DNA of 52,928 bases, from positions 1-52,928 of the forward strand of contig JANTGP010000001.1 of the NCBI GenBank assembly GCA_024762835.1. Direction: 5' to 3'. The translations under genes were made by a program, and so were the position numbers. The stretch's first letter is position 1, and each line of letters opens with the position of its first letter. The notes below the pieces were generated by a model that did not search any database, was not told where the DNA came from, and was given only the letters and a program-made list of their open reading frames with translations. The DNA is from Bacteroidota bacterium. GTDB lineage: Bacteria > Bacteroidota > Bacteroidia > Bacteroidales > M50B96. Below are positions 9,683-19,325 of this stretch, piece after piece.

Positions 9683-10436
9683 GCTTTGATTGTGTAATTA
9701 ATTGTTCACTTGTTTTTCCAAATCTTCGTTCTCTTTGCTGATAATCATAAATAGCCTCATAAAAATCTTCTTTAAAGAAATCAGGCCAGAATTTGTCAGT
9801 AAAGTATAACTCACTATAAGCGATTTGCCATAGCAAAAAGTTACTAATCCTATTTTCACCACTTGTCCTTATTAACAATTCAGGATCGGGAAACTCCGAT
9901 GTACAAAGGTGTTTACCAAATAATTCATCATTAATATCGTCAATATTAATTTCTTTATTTTTCACCTTTGAGCTTATCTCTTTAACAGCTTTTACTATTT
10001 CCCATCTTGCTCCGTAACTTAAAGCCAAAACTAAAGTTAGACCTGTATTTTTTGATGTAACTTCAATTGCATCAAGCAGCCTGTTTCGTGTGTTATCCGG
10101 AAGATTATCAATATCGCCAATAGCAAGTAACTTAACATTATTTTTCATTAATGTTTTGGTTTCCTGATTTATTGTTGTGAGCAAAAGATTCATCAAAGAA
10201 TTAACTTCATTTTCAGATCTATTCCAGTTTTCTTTTGAAAATGTAAATAAGGTAAGATATCCAATACCCAGTTCGGCGGAAGCTTCAACTACCCTTTTAA
10301 CAGAATCAGCTCCTTTTTTATGACCAAATACACGAGGCTTTTTTTGCTTTTTAGCCCAACGTCCATTACCATCCATAATAATGGCAATATGCTCGGGCAA
10401 TGAGCTAATATCAATTAAATCCTTATAACTTTCCAT
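9672..10436 (-). CDS. uppS: Isoprenyl transferase (undecaprenyl diphosphate synthase)
   Basis: Motif IIMDGNGRWAK, and RTSGE..SNFLLWQ. The track ORF starts at a TTG (10445). The ATG at 10436 (MESYK...) lies 1 nt after the upstream gene's TAA. The 3' end overlaps the bamA start by 11 nt. Confidence 0.9.
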   Translation of the reverse strand: MESYKDLIDISSLPEHIAIIMDGNGRWAKKQKKPRVFGHKKGADSVKRVVEASAELGIGYLTLFTFSKENWNRSENEVNSLMNLLLTTINQETKTLMKNNVKLLAIGDIDNLPDNTRNRLLDAIEVTSKNTGLTLVLALSYGARWEIVKAVKEISSKVKNKEINIDDINDELFGKHLCTSEFPDPELLIRTSGENRISNFLLWQIAYSELYFTDKFWPDFFKEDFYEAIYDYQQRERRFGKTSEQLITQSKHAQ

Positions 10437-10437
10437 A

Positions 10438-11154
10438 TTATTCAATCATATCTAATTCGCCATAAGCAGGACATTTATATCTCTTGTAGGCAATTTTATA
10501 ACTTATAAATAAGCCTGCAAAAGTATAAAAATCATTCCTGTAATAAAGTGATTTTTGACGATATTTTTCAGCAACTTTATCAGTTAGGTATTCTTCTTTA
10601 ATAGGATCAGATTTATTTTTACCCAAACCGTCCAATTCATCAGAAAAAGTATTACGCCAAGTCAGCTCAACACCTGTACTTAATCTCTCGGTGAGATTAA
10701 GTTTATAACCTATTCCAAACGGAATTGATATTGTGCTTGGCACATTTTTGTCAAGAGATACCATATATGATAAACCGGCAGTAACATAAGGAGCATGATT
10801 ATATTTCATACTTGTTGACACATAAGGCAAGAAGTTAAATTCAAGCATACTTGATATGTCAATAAATTTTAACAAAAAACTGTGATTTCTTTGAATATTG
10901 AAGTCGTATTTCGAATTTGAATCATGTGCAGTAATTTGAGCGTATGTCAAACTACTTTTAATTGAGTATCTAAGGTCAAAAATCTGACGGTAAAACATTC
11001 CGTAGGCAGGTAAAACCTCTTTAAACTGGTATGTTGTATTAATCTCTCCCAAATAATATGACATGCCTCCAAAAGCTCCCAAGTCACCCTTTGGTTGTGC
11101 AAACAGCTTTATCGACACAAGTAAAACAGATATTATTATTAAGATTTTCTTCAT
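10438..11154 (-). CDS. Outer-membrane beta-barrel protein (DUF6089-like)
   Basis: 238 aa. Signal peptide MKKILIIISVLLVSIKLFAQ and alternating beta-strand pattern. Conserved position between nadK and uppS. Confidence 0.5.
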   Translation of the reverse strand: MKKILIIISVLLVSIKLFAQPKGDLGAFGGMSYYLGEINTTYQFKEVLPAYGMFYRQIFDLRYSIKSSLTYAQITAHDSNSKYDFNIQRNHSFLLKFIDISSMLEFNFLPYVSTSMKYNHAPYVTAGLSYMVSLDKNVPSTISIPFGIGYKLNLTERLSTGVELTWRNTFSDELDGLGKNKSDPIKEEYLTDKVAEKYRQKSLYYRNDFYTFAGLFISYKIAYKRYKCPAYGELDMIE

Positions 11155-11219
11155 AAAGAATTATTCAGATTAAGTCTAACAATTGTGTAAAAATAACAAT
11201 TTTAAATAATATATTACTA

Positions 11220-12101
11220 CTAATTTCTTTTGTCGAGTCCCCACATGAGCTTATTTCTTAAAGTACTAAAGAAACTCTGATTTTGCAGCTTTAGTATTTG
11301 AACTTTGAAATTTGCCCTACGCACTGTAAATGACATAGATGAATCAAATGACTCTGAACGGTAATCCAATGATGCAAGAAATGAACCTCCTCTTCCTTCA
11401 ACACTGAAAGTAATAGAGTTACTATCCGGTAAAACTATCGGACGAACCGTTAAATTATGTGGCGAAATAGGTGATAAAATTAGATTCTCGGAATTGGGTA
11501 TAACTATCGGACCACCTACGCTTAAAGAATAGGCCGTAGAACCTGTTGGCGTTGAAACAATAATACCATCTCCCCAATACGAATTAAGATATTCATCATT
11601 CATATATGTGTGTATGGTAATCATTGAACCCGAATCTTTTTTATGAATAGTAAACTCATTAAGTGCATAATTAAAATCAGTAAAAAGCTTACCTCCCGTA
11701 TCTAAACTAATAAGTACACGTTCTTCAATTCTGTATCTGCGGTTAAAGATATCATCAAAAGCGGCACATATCTCATCCCGCGAAATATCAGCCAAAAACC
11801 CTAAACGCCCACTATTTATTCCAATAACAGGGATATTTAAATCTTTAACAAAAGGTATTGTTTCCAGAAAAGTTCCATCACCACCAATTGAGATAAAGAA
11901 ATCAATATCGGAGGATATTTCGTGAGGAAAAGAAAAAGATGAATAAATAGAAATAGGAACATTCCCTTTTTCTTTAATAAATTCCAGAAACGGTTTATAA
12001 ATAATTACCTCAACTTTATTATTATCAAATATTTCAAAGACTTTTCTTATTGAATCTTCAAATGATTCATCAAAATTACGCCCATAAATTGCAAACTTCA
12101 T
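11220..12101 (-). CDS. nadK: NAD kinase
   Basis: 293 aa. GGDGT motif (ISIGGDGTFL) and the NAD-kinase C-terminal beta-sandwich region (STPTGSTAYSLS). Confidence 0.9.
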   Translation of the reverse strand: MKFAIYGRNFDESFEDSIRKVFEIFDNNKVEVIIYKPFLEFIKEKGNVPISIYSSFSFPHEISSDIDFFISIGGDGTFLETIPFVKDLNIPVIGINSGRLGFLADISRDEICAAFDDIFNRRYRIEERVLISLDTGGKLFTDFNYALNEFTIHKKDSGSMITIHTYMNDEYLNSYWGDGIIVSTPTGSTAYSLSVGGPIVIPNSENLILSPISPHNLTVRPIVLPDSNSITFSVEGRGGSFLASLDYRSESFDSSMSFTVRRANFKVQILKLQNQSFFSTLRNKLMWGLDKRN

Positions 12102-12184
12102 TATCCTTATTTTTTTTCAGCGTAAAACTAATATTATTTCTATAAAATATTATATAATTATCTACTGCCGCAATATTGTTTAAG

Positions 12185-12850
12185 CTACATATTCAGATAC
12201 CTCATAAACTCATTATATCTGTCCTCAAGCAAGCTGTCAAATTTACCCTCTTCCGAGAAGGTATTTTTAATTGTATAGCCGTACCTCTCAAATGTTTGCA
12301 AAACTGATGTTAAATCATTAAGATTGAGTTTAATTGTTAAATCAAGCTTTGTTGAATCTGTTTTTGTATTAACATATAAGTTTAAAATCTTAGCATCATT
12401 CCCTTCAACTATTTGTGAAATTTCTGTCAGCGAGTAATCGTTTTGGTTTAGCTCAAGAATAATAACACCTCCTGCTTGTCCAACACCCGAAAATTCAGCA
12501 AATTGATAAATCAGATTACTTAAACGAATTGCACCAATATATTTTTTGTCTCTTTGAAGAACCGGGATTACTGATAGTTTTAGTTTTGTCATCAAAGAAA
12601 TAAGCTCATAAAAATGTTGGTCGCTAAATATGAAAGGGCTATACAAAGAAAGCTTATGATTGCCTATTGGCTCATCAAGTTTGTTCAAACTGTAAATATC
12701 ATTGTCGGAAATTAAGCCCAAAAAGTAAATATTATTTACTACCGGTAAATGCGACACTCTGAATGTATCCATTAAATCTAATGCAGCCTGTCCTGTATCG
12801 GAAGTTCTTAATGTTGGAATGTCTTTAGAAATAAGTTCAATAGCTGTCAT
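12185..12850 (-). CDS. CBS-domain protein
   Basis: 221 aa. Two CBS-like repeats (HLPVV..., SVIPVL...) plus a small C-terminal domain. Divergent from pdxJ. Confidence 0.65.
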   Translation of the reverse strand: MTAIELISKDIPTLRTSDTGQAALDLMDTFRVSHLPVVNNIYFLGLISDNDIYSLNKLDEPIGNHKLSLYSPFIFSDQHFYELISLMTKLKLSVIPVLQRDKKYIGAIRLSNLIYQFAEFSGVGQAGGVIILELNQNDYSLTEISQIVEGNDAKILNLYVNTKTDSTKLDLTIKLNLNDLTSVLQTFERYGYTIKNTFSEEGKFDSLLEDRYNEFMRYLNM

Positions 12851-12938
12851 AAAGCATTATTATTTTAGTAGTATAAATTATTTACTTTTTTATAAAAATA
12901 TTGAGCATCAATATACAAAATTCACAAAAGCTTTTTAG

Positions 12939-12946
12939 TATCTTTG
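12939..12946 (+). promoter_or_regulatory. Bacteroidota -7 box TATCTTTG upstream of pdxJ
   Basis: Perfect TAnnTTTG, 19 nt before the ATG at 12966. Confidence 0.45.
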
Positions 12947-12965
12947 CTAACAAAAATACATTATT

Positions 12966-13679
12966 ATGACAAGACTTAGTGTAAATATTAATAAAATTGC
13001 AACAATAAGGAATGCAAGAGGTGGAAATACACCTGATATTTTAGTAGCAGCAAAAAGAATTGAGAGTTATGGTGCCCAAGGTATCACAGTTCACCCACGC
13101 CCCGACGAGAGACATATCCGCTACGATGATGTTCTAAACCTAAAACCTTTGGTATCAACAGAATTCAACATTGAAGGTTATCCAAGCAATAAATTTATAG
13201 AGCTTGTTTTAAAAGTAAAACCCGACCAGGTAACACTAGTACCTGATCCGCCCGATGCCATAACCTCTAATGCAGGTTGGAATACAAAAACAAACATGAT
13301 ATTTTTACAAAATGTTATTTCGAGGTTTAAAGAAAAAGGCATACGTACTTCTATATTTGTTGACACGCATCATGAAAACATAAAATATGCAGTTGATACC
13401 GGAACAGACCGTATAGAATTATATACAGAACCATATGCTGATATGTTTCCTCAAAACAAGGAAGAGGCAATTTTACCTTTTGTTGAAGCTGCAAAACTTG
13501 CAAATAAATTAGGTTTGGGAATAAATGCCGGCCACGATTTGAACTTAGATAACTTGCTGTATTTTCAACAAAATATTCTGGGACTGAAAGAAGTTTCAAT
13601 CGGTCATGCCCTAATATCTGATGCCTTATATTTTGGCTTAGAAAAAACAGTAAAGATGTATCTTGATTTGCTTAAGTAG
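12966..13679 (+). CDS. pdxJ: Pyridoxine 5'-phosphate synthase
   Basis: 237 aa. [29 protein letters not shown] and NAGHDLN motifs. Confidence 0.9.
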   Translation: MTRLSVNINKIATIRNARGGNTPDILVAAKRIESYGAQGITVHPRPDERHIRYDDVLNLKPLVSTEFNIEGYPSNKFIELVLKVKPDQVTLVPDPPDAITSNAGWNTKTNMIFLQNVISRFKEKGIRTSIFVDTHHENIKYAVDTGTDRIELYTEPYADMFPQNKEEAILPFVEAAKLANKLGLGINAGHDLNLDNLLYFQQNILGLKEVSIGHALISDALYFGLEKTVKMYLDLLK

Positions 13680-13698
13680 GGTTCTAAACCTATAAATA

Positions 13699-13739
13699 AA
13701 AAGAAACGAGTCTTACATTATGCAAGACTCGTTTCTTTT
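13699..13739. terminator. Bidirectional intrinsic terminator between convergent pdxJ and the beta-eliminating lyase gene
   Basis: Perfect 16-bp stem (AAAAGAAACGAGTCTT / AAGACTCGTTTCTTTT) with a 9-nt loop. A-run on the left and T-run on the right. Confidence 0.75.
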
Positions 13740-13759
13740 ATTTTTCACATGAGTATTTT

Positions 13760-15136
13760 TTATATCTTCTCAAGTTCAACTGTAAAATGTCTCATTATTG
13801 GTGCTTCGCTAAGAATACGATAACCACTTGTAATAGAATTACGTCTGTCAAAAACATTTATTAAACCGGCAGCTACAACATCCATATGGTTATTTGTGTA
13901 TGTACGACGCGGAATTGCCAATCGCAACAACTCTAAATCAGGATAACGGTTTTTTCGCGTCACAGGGTCTCGGTCGGCAAGTAATGTACCTATTTCAACT
14001 CCTCGCACTCCGGCTTCCTTATAAAGCTCAATACCTAATGTTTGTGCTGCAAACTCCTCCTTCGGAACTTTCGGTAGAAACTTCTTTGCATCGACAAAAA
14101 TAGCATGACCACCAAAAGGGTGTTGAATGGGGATACCATAATCAACAAGTTTTTGACCTAAATAAGCAACTTGTTTTATCCTTGTTTCGAGATAATCAAA
14201 CTCTGTCCCTTCATGAAGTCCTTGAGCTAAAGCAGCCATATCACGTCCTGCCATACCTCCATAAGTGATAAAACCTTCGTAGATAATGTTAAAAACACTA
14301 GCTTGTTTAAACAAGTTTTCATCTTTCATTGCAATAAAACCACCAATATTAACAATGGCATCTTTTTTACTGCTCATGGTCATTGCATCAGCATATTGAT
14401 ACATCTCTTTCACTATTTCCTTAATGCTCTTATCCTTATAACCCTCTTCGCGGAGCTTAATAAAATATGCATTTTCGGCAAATCTGGCTGAATCAAAAAT
14501 CACCATTTTATTATATTTCTGAGCAAGTGAATAAACAGCCCTCAGATTAGCCATTGAAACAGGTTGACCGCCTGAAGAGTTGCATGTAACAGTCATTATT
14601 ATAAAAGGGATTTTCTCTGCCGGATTTTCTTTCATGACTTTTTCAAGCTTATTTAAATCCACATCTCCTTTAAAAGGATTTAGGTTCGTAGTTTCAAAAG
14701 CCTCGTCAATTGTACAATCACATGATGATGCTTTACGAAACTCAATATGACCTTTTGTAGTATCAAACTGAGAGTTTCCGGGAATAAGATTTCCTTCTTT
14801 AACTAAAACCGAAAATAAAACATTCTCAGCAGCTCTTCCTTGATGAGTAGGTAGAAAATGGTCAAAGCCAAGAATTTCTTTAATAGCATCCTTAAGTTTA
14901 TAATAAGAACTTGCACCTGCATAACTTTCGTCACCCATCATAATTTCAGCCCATTGATTCTGGCTCATAGCACCTGTTCCCGAATCAGTAAGCAGATCGA
15001 TAAAAACTTGCTCGCTTCGCAAATTAAACAAGTTATATTTTGCGTCCTTAATCCATCCAAGACGTTGTTCTTGTGTACTTCTTTTAATTGATTCTACTAC
15101 CTTTATTTTATATGATTCTGCAAATGGTAAATTCAT
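13760..15136 (-). CDS. Beta-eliminating lyase (tryptophanase / tyrosine phenol-lyase family)
   Basis: 458 aa. IDLLTDSGTGAMS, PTHQGRAAE, and PLP-lysine motif SSKKDAIVNIGG. I cannot tell tryptophanase from TPL by eye. Confidence 0.8.
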   Translation of the reverse strand: MNLPFAESYKIKVVESIKRSTQEQRLGWIKDAKYNLFNLRSEQVFIDLLTDSGTGAMSQNQWAEIMMGDESYAGASSYYKLKDAIKEILGFDHFLPTHQGRAAENVLFSVLVKEGNLIPGNSQFDTTKGHIEFRKASSCDCTIDEAFETTNLNPFKGDVDLNKLEKVMKENPAEKIPFIIMTVTCNSSGGQPVSMANLRAVYSLAQKYNKMVIFDSARFAENAYFIKLREEGYKDKSIKEIVKEMYQYADAMTMSSKKDAIVNIGGFIAMKDENLFKQASVFNIIYEGFITYGGMAGRDMAALAQGLHEGTEFDYLETRIKQVAYLGQKLVDYGIPIQHPFGGHAIFVDAKKFLPKVPKEEFAAQTLGIELYKEAGVRGVEIGTLLADRDPVTRKNRYPDLELLRLAIPRRTYTNNHMDVVAAGLINVFDRRNSITSGYRILSEAPIMRHFTVELEKI

Positions 15137-15433
15137 AGTTATTAATATTTAGTAATAAGTTGGGATTGGGTAATAATCTATACGAAAAATAGAATTCATT
15201 CTTAACGAGGAATAAACTTGCAGAATTCATCGCGGGATTTAATATTAATATAAAGTCTCTTACAGCAGATTATATGTCTTATACAATTTCTCACAGTGGC
15301 AAAGGTATAAAAATATGATTATAAAAACAAAGTTGCATTTACTAGTTAAATCTACTGGTAGTCCTTATTTTAAGCAGCTATTCGCAAAAAAATTATTTAA
15401 TTGCTATTTTTACCGGCTAATTGAAATAAAGCT

Positions 15434-16309
15434 ATGGCTAAAAACAACAAATTGGACAAAGCAGATTTTATTGATGTTGAAAAGGTTTTTAAAGATAAAA
15501 ATCCGGGGTTAGCTAAATGGATTCCGGGCTTTGTATTTTCCTTAATAAAAAGAATAGTGCATCAAAAAGAGATTAACAACTTCCTTAAAGAAAACAGAAA
15601 TTTGGAAGGAATTGATTTTTTAAATGCAATTATTAGCTTTTTTAATATCAAGATTGACATTAAAGGTTCTGAAAATTTGGTGGATGATAAGCGATTTGAA
15701 TTTGTATCGAATCACCCCCTTGGTGGCATGGAAGGCATTGTATTAATGAAAGTTATTGCACAAAGGTATGGTGATGTGTTTGTACCGGCAAATGACATCT
15801 TAATGAAAATTGAAAATATATCATGTTTTTTTATCCCCATTAATTCATACGGGTCAAAAAGCAGAGATGGCGTGGTTGGGTTTGAAAAAAGTTATGCATC
15901 CGACAGACAAGTGATGATTTTTCCTGCCGGTTTTGTTTCACGAAAAATTGACGGAAAGATTCAGGATATCGAATGGAGAAAAACTTTTATCGCTAAAGCA
16001 ATCCAACACAAGAGAGATATTATTCCTGTTTATATTGAAGGAAGAAACTCAAGATTATTTTATAACATAGGAAGTTTTAGAAAGATATTCGGGATAAAGG
16101 CGAATCTGGAAACCTTTCTCTTACCCGATGAAATGTTTAAGCAAAGAAACAAGACAATAGGTATAATTTTTGGCAAAGCTGTTTCTCATACAGTTTTTGA
16201 CAAGCGGTTTAAGACTAAAGAATGGGCTGCTTTATTCAGGGAATATGTTTACAAATTGCCGGATAACAAAGACTTAGAGTTTGAGCAGTTTTTAAAATCT
16301 AAATTATAA
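15434..16309 (+). CDS. Lysophospholipid/lyso-aminolipid O-acyltransferase (PlsC superfamily, GlsA/OlsA-like)
   Basis: 291 aa. Acyltransferase motif SNHPLGGMEG and FPAGFVSR. Directly upstream of an OlsB/GlsB-like N-acyltransferase gene. Confidence 0.6.
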   Translation: MAKNNKLDKADFIDVEKVFKDKNPGLAKWIPGFVFSLIKRIVHQKEINNFLKENRNLEGIDFLNAIISFFNIKIDIKGSENLVDDKRFEFVSNHPLGGMEGIVLMKVIAQRYGDVFVPANDILMKIENISCFFIPINSYGSKSRDGVVGFEKSYASDRQVMIFPAGFVSRKIDGKIQDIEWRKTFIAKAIQHKRDIIPVYIEGRNSRLFYNIGSFRKIFGIKANLETFLLPDEMFKQRNKTIGIIFGKAVSHTVFDKRFKTKEWAALFREYVYKLPDNKDLEFEQFLKSKL

Positions 16310-16373
16310 AAACTTATTACTAAAATAATAAAACAGAATATTATAATCTTTATCAAAATATATAGAAAGATAT

Positions 16374-16381
16374 TAATTTTG
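16374..16381 (+). promoter_or_regulatory. Bacteroidota -7 box TAATTTTG upstream of the GNAT N-acyltransferase gene
   Basis: Perfect TAnnTTTG, 64 nt before the ATG at 16446. Confidence 0.35.
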
Positions 16382-16445
16382 CAATGAAAAATTATTAAGT
16401 GTCAAAGCGATATGTAAATATCTAACTATTTTAAACAGCACAGAG

Positions 16446-17390
16446 ATGAAAAAAATAATTGATGCTATACCACGTGAAATCATTGAGTCGGAATTAACAG
16501 CCGAAAGATTTATAAGAAAAACCAACAATACATCAAACGAGATATATTCAATATCTCACCACGATTCACCAAATGTAATGAAAGAAATAGGCAGACTTCG
16601 CGAGATAAGTTTTCGTGCTGCTGGAGGTGGAACAGGTGAAGAAATTGATATTGACCACTATGACACAAAAGAAAATCCTTACAGGCAATTAATTGTCTGG
16701 GACCCGGAAGAAAAAGAGATAGTTGGCGGCTACAGGTATTTCAACTGCAACGAGTTTTCCTGTGTAAGCAATAAGCATGTTGATTTATCTACAGCTCATC
16801 TTTTTAATTTTACCGATAAATTCTTAAAAGAGTATATGCCATATACCATAGAACTTGGGCGTTCATTTGTTCAGCCTATTTATCAGAGTGGACAGATGGG
16901 ACGAAATGGAATTTTTGCTCTGGATAATCTTTGGGACGGTTTGGGCTCACTCATTGTCGACAATCCGGATATTAAATATTTCTTTGGCAAGATTACCATG
17001 TATCCTTCCTTTAATCACGAAGCAAGAGATTTAATCCTTCATTTCTTATATAAATATTTCGGTGATAAAGAGAAACTGGTAACACCTATCAAAGCTCTTG
17101 ATTTTCATGGCGACCTGAATAGCATTGAAAAAGTACTATCAGCACATAATTATAAGGATGATTATAAATTACTTGCACAAAAAGTACGATCACTTGGTGT
17201 AAATATTCCACCACTGTTTAATGCCTATATGAATTTATCGCCAACAATGCTTGATTTTGGGACAGCCTTAAACACAGAGTTTGGCGATGTTGAGGAAACA
17301 GGTATAATGATTACCATTGAAGATGTTTATGAAGCCAAAAGCAAGAGACATGTTGAGTCGTACTATAAGTATAAGTTTGGCTTAGATTAA
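16446..17390 (+). CDS. GNAT-family amino-acid N-acyltransferase (GlsB/OlsB/ChoA-like)
   Basis: 314 aa. EIGRLREISFRAAGGGTGEEID motif, characteristic of OlsB-type 'hemolysin-like' N-acyltransferases. Confidence 0.65.
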   Translation: MKKIIDAIPREIIESELTAERFIRKTNNTSNEIYSISHHDSPNVMKEIGRLREISFRAAGGGTGEEIDIDHYDTKENPYRQLIVWDPEEKEIVGGYRYFNCNEFSCVSNKHVDLSTAHLFNFTDKFLKEYMPYTIELGRSFVQPIYQSGQMGRNGIFALDNLWDGLGSLIVDNPDIKYFFGKITMYPSFNHEARDLILHFLYKYFGDKEKLVTPIKALDFHGDLNSIEKVLSAHNYKDDYKLLAQKVRSLGVNIPPLFNAYMNLSPTMLDFGTALNTEFGDVEETGIMITIEDVYEAKSKRHVESYYKYKFGLD

Positions 17391-17423
17391 TTGTAATCTA
17401 CCGAAAAAGGATTATACATCAGT

Positions 17424-19325
17424 CTAATACGCCCTACCCTTTTTTCCTTCAACATAATTTATAAATGAAGTGTTAACTACTTTGTTTCCACCCGGCGTAG
17501 GATAATCTCCCGTAAAATACCAGTCGCCCTTATCATTTGGGCAGGCAATATGCAGGTTATCTACTGTTTGGTATACTACTTCAACTTTTGTATTAATCTC
17601 AGGGGAGGTAAGAATACTTGCAATCTTATTTGAGATCTCATCTGTAGTAAAAGGAGCATAAATTTCCTTCACGTAGTTAATAATTTCTTCTTTTGGTTTA
17701 TCTTTCTGAGCCTTTGACTTATTATAAACATCATTTATTATTGATTCCTGTCCGGTATCTTTTAGTAATTCTATTGCAGCATTAAATGCAACAAAATCAC
17801 TAAGCTTGGCCATGTCGATGCCATAGCAATCAGGATATCGGATCTGAGGTGCTGATGAAACAATAATAATCTTTTTGGGCTCTAAGCGGTCTAATATTTT
17901 TAATATACTTTTCTTTAAAGTTGTTCCTCTGACAATCGAGTCATCAATTATAACCAATGTATCCTTATGCTTATTCACTGTTCCATAAGTGATATCATAA
18001 ACATGCTCAACCAAATGGTCACGTCCTTCATCCTGACTAATAAAAGTTCGTAGCTTAACATCTTTAATGGCAATCTTCTCAACTCTCGGTCTGTCGCAAA
18101 TAAGTTTTTCAAGCTCTTCCTGAGTCAAATTATTTTTCTTGTCAAGAATAGTTTTCTTTTTTTCGTTAAAAACAATCTTTTCAATTCCTTTAATCATTCC
18201 GTAAAATGCTGTTTCGGAAGTATTTGGAATAAATGAGAAGACCGTATTCTTTAAATCATTATTTATTGAAGATAAAATTTTTGGTGCCAGCAATTCGCCA
18301 AGCATCTTTCTTTCGCTGTATATGTCAATATCAGAGCCTCTCGAAAAATAAATTCTTTCAAAAGAACATGATTTTCTTTCTTGGGGTTCACGAATCATTT
18401 GATGTTTAATCTGGCCATTTGTTTTTATTATAAAAGCATAGCCGGGCTTTATTTCATTAATAGCATCAACAGGCAGATTAAATGTAGTTTGAATAACCGG
18501 ACGTTCAGATGCAACAACGGCAACTTCATCATCATAATAATAAAAAGCAGGACGAATTCCCCATGGGTCGCGGGTAACAAAAGCATCACCATGTCCTATC
18601 AGTCCGCCCATTGCATAACCACCATCCCAGTCTTTACTCGCCTCAGACAAGATATTTCCGATACTTATTCTTTCGGCAATAATTTCTGATATTTCTTTAT
18701 TCTTATGTCCTCTGTATTTAAACTCATCAAAGAGTCTTTGATTTTCAACATCAAGGAAGTGCCCAACTTTTTCAAGAATGGTAACAGTATCGGAAAAATC
18801 ACTCGGATGCTGACCAAGACTAATCAATACATTAAACAACTCGTCAACGTTAGTAAGGTTAAAGTTTCCTGCTAAAACAATACTTCTCGAACGCCAATTA
18901 TTTGACCTGATTACAGGATGTACATTCTCAATATTATTTTTCCCAAAAGTACCATATCTGACATGGCCAAGAAACAATTCTCCGGCATAAGGTAAGTTTT
19001 CGCGAACCCATTTCGGGTCACGCAACAAATCGGGATTATGCTCTTTTATTTTTGTGAAATGCGAATTAATTCCCTCAAAGACCTGCTGTATTGGTTCTCT
19101 TTGATTTGACCTTTCGCGAAAGAAGTAGGGTTTTCCGGGTTTGGTATCAATCTTTAGATTAACCACACCTGCGCCGTCCTGTCCGCGGTTGTGTTGTTTT
19201 TCCATCAAGAGATAAAGTTTGTTCAAACCCCACATCCATGTACCATATTTCATTTTGTAATACTCAAGAGGTTTCAACAACCGTATTACAGCAATACCAC
19301 ATTCATGTTTTATTGAGTCGCTCAT
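17424..19325 (-). CDS. purF: Amidophosphoribosyltransferase (long Bacteroidota type)
   Basis: 633 aa. N-terminal propeptide then the nucleophile Cys (MSDSIKHE-CGIAV). PRTase motif LVIIDDSIVRGTT. Confidence 0.9.
   Translation of the reverse strand: MSDSIKHECGIAVIRLLKPLEYYKMKYGTWMWGLNKLYLLMEKQHNRGQDGAGVVNLKIDTKPGKPYFFRERSNQREPIQQVFEGINSHFTKIKEHNPDLLRDPKWVRENLPYAGELFLGHVRYGTFGKNNIENVHPVIRSNNWRSRSIVLAGNFNLTNVDELFNVLISLGQHPSDFSDTVTILEKVGHFLDVENQRLFDEFKYRGHKNKEISEIIAERISIGNILSEASKDWDGGYAMGGLIGHGDAFVTRDPWGIRPAFYYYDDEVAVVASERPVIQTTFNLPVDAINEIKPGYAFIIKTNGQIKHQMIREPQERKSCSFERIYFSRGSDIDIYSERKMLGELLAPKILSSINNDLKNTVFSFIPNTSETAFYGMIKGIEKIVFNEKKKTILDKKNNLTQEELEKLICDRPRVEKIAIKDVKLRTFISQDEGRDHLVEHVYDITYGTVNKHKDTLVIIDDSIVRGTTLKKSILKILDRLEPKKIIIVSSAPQIRYPDCYGIDMAKLSDFVAFNAAIELLKDTGQESIINDVYNKSKAQKDKPKEEIINYVKEIYAPFTTDEISNKIASILTSPEINTKVEVVYQTVDNLHIACPNDKGDWYFTGDYPTPGGNKVVNTSFINYVEGKKGRAY

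Noticed and set aside
15315-15512. 65-aa ORF overlapping the start of the O-acyltransferase gene.
   Set aside because: It is out of frame with the well-supported ORF at 15434 and has no recognisable features. It lies mostly in the divergent promoter region.
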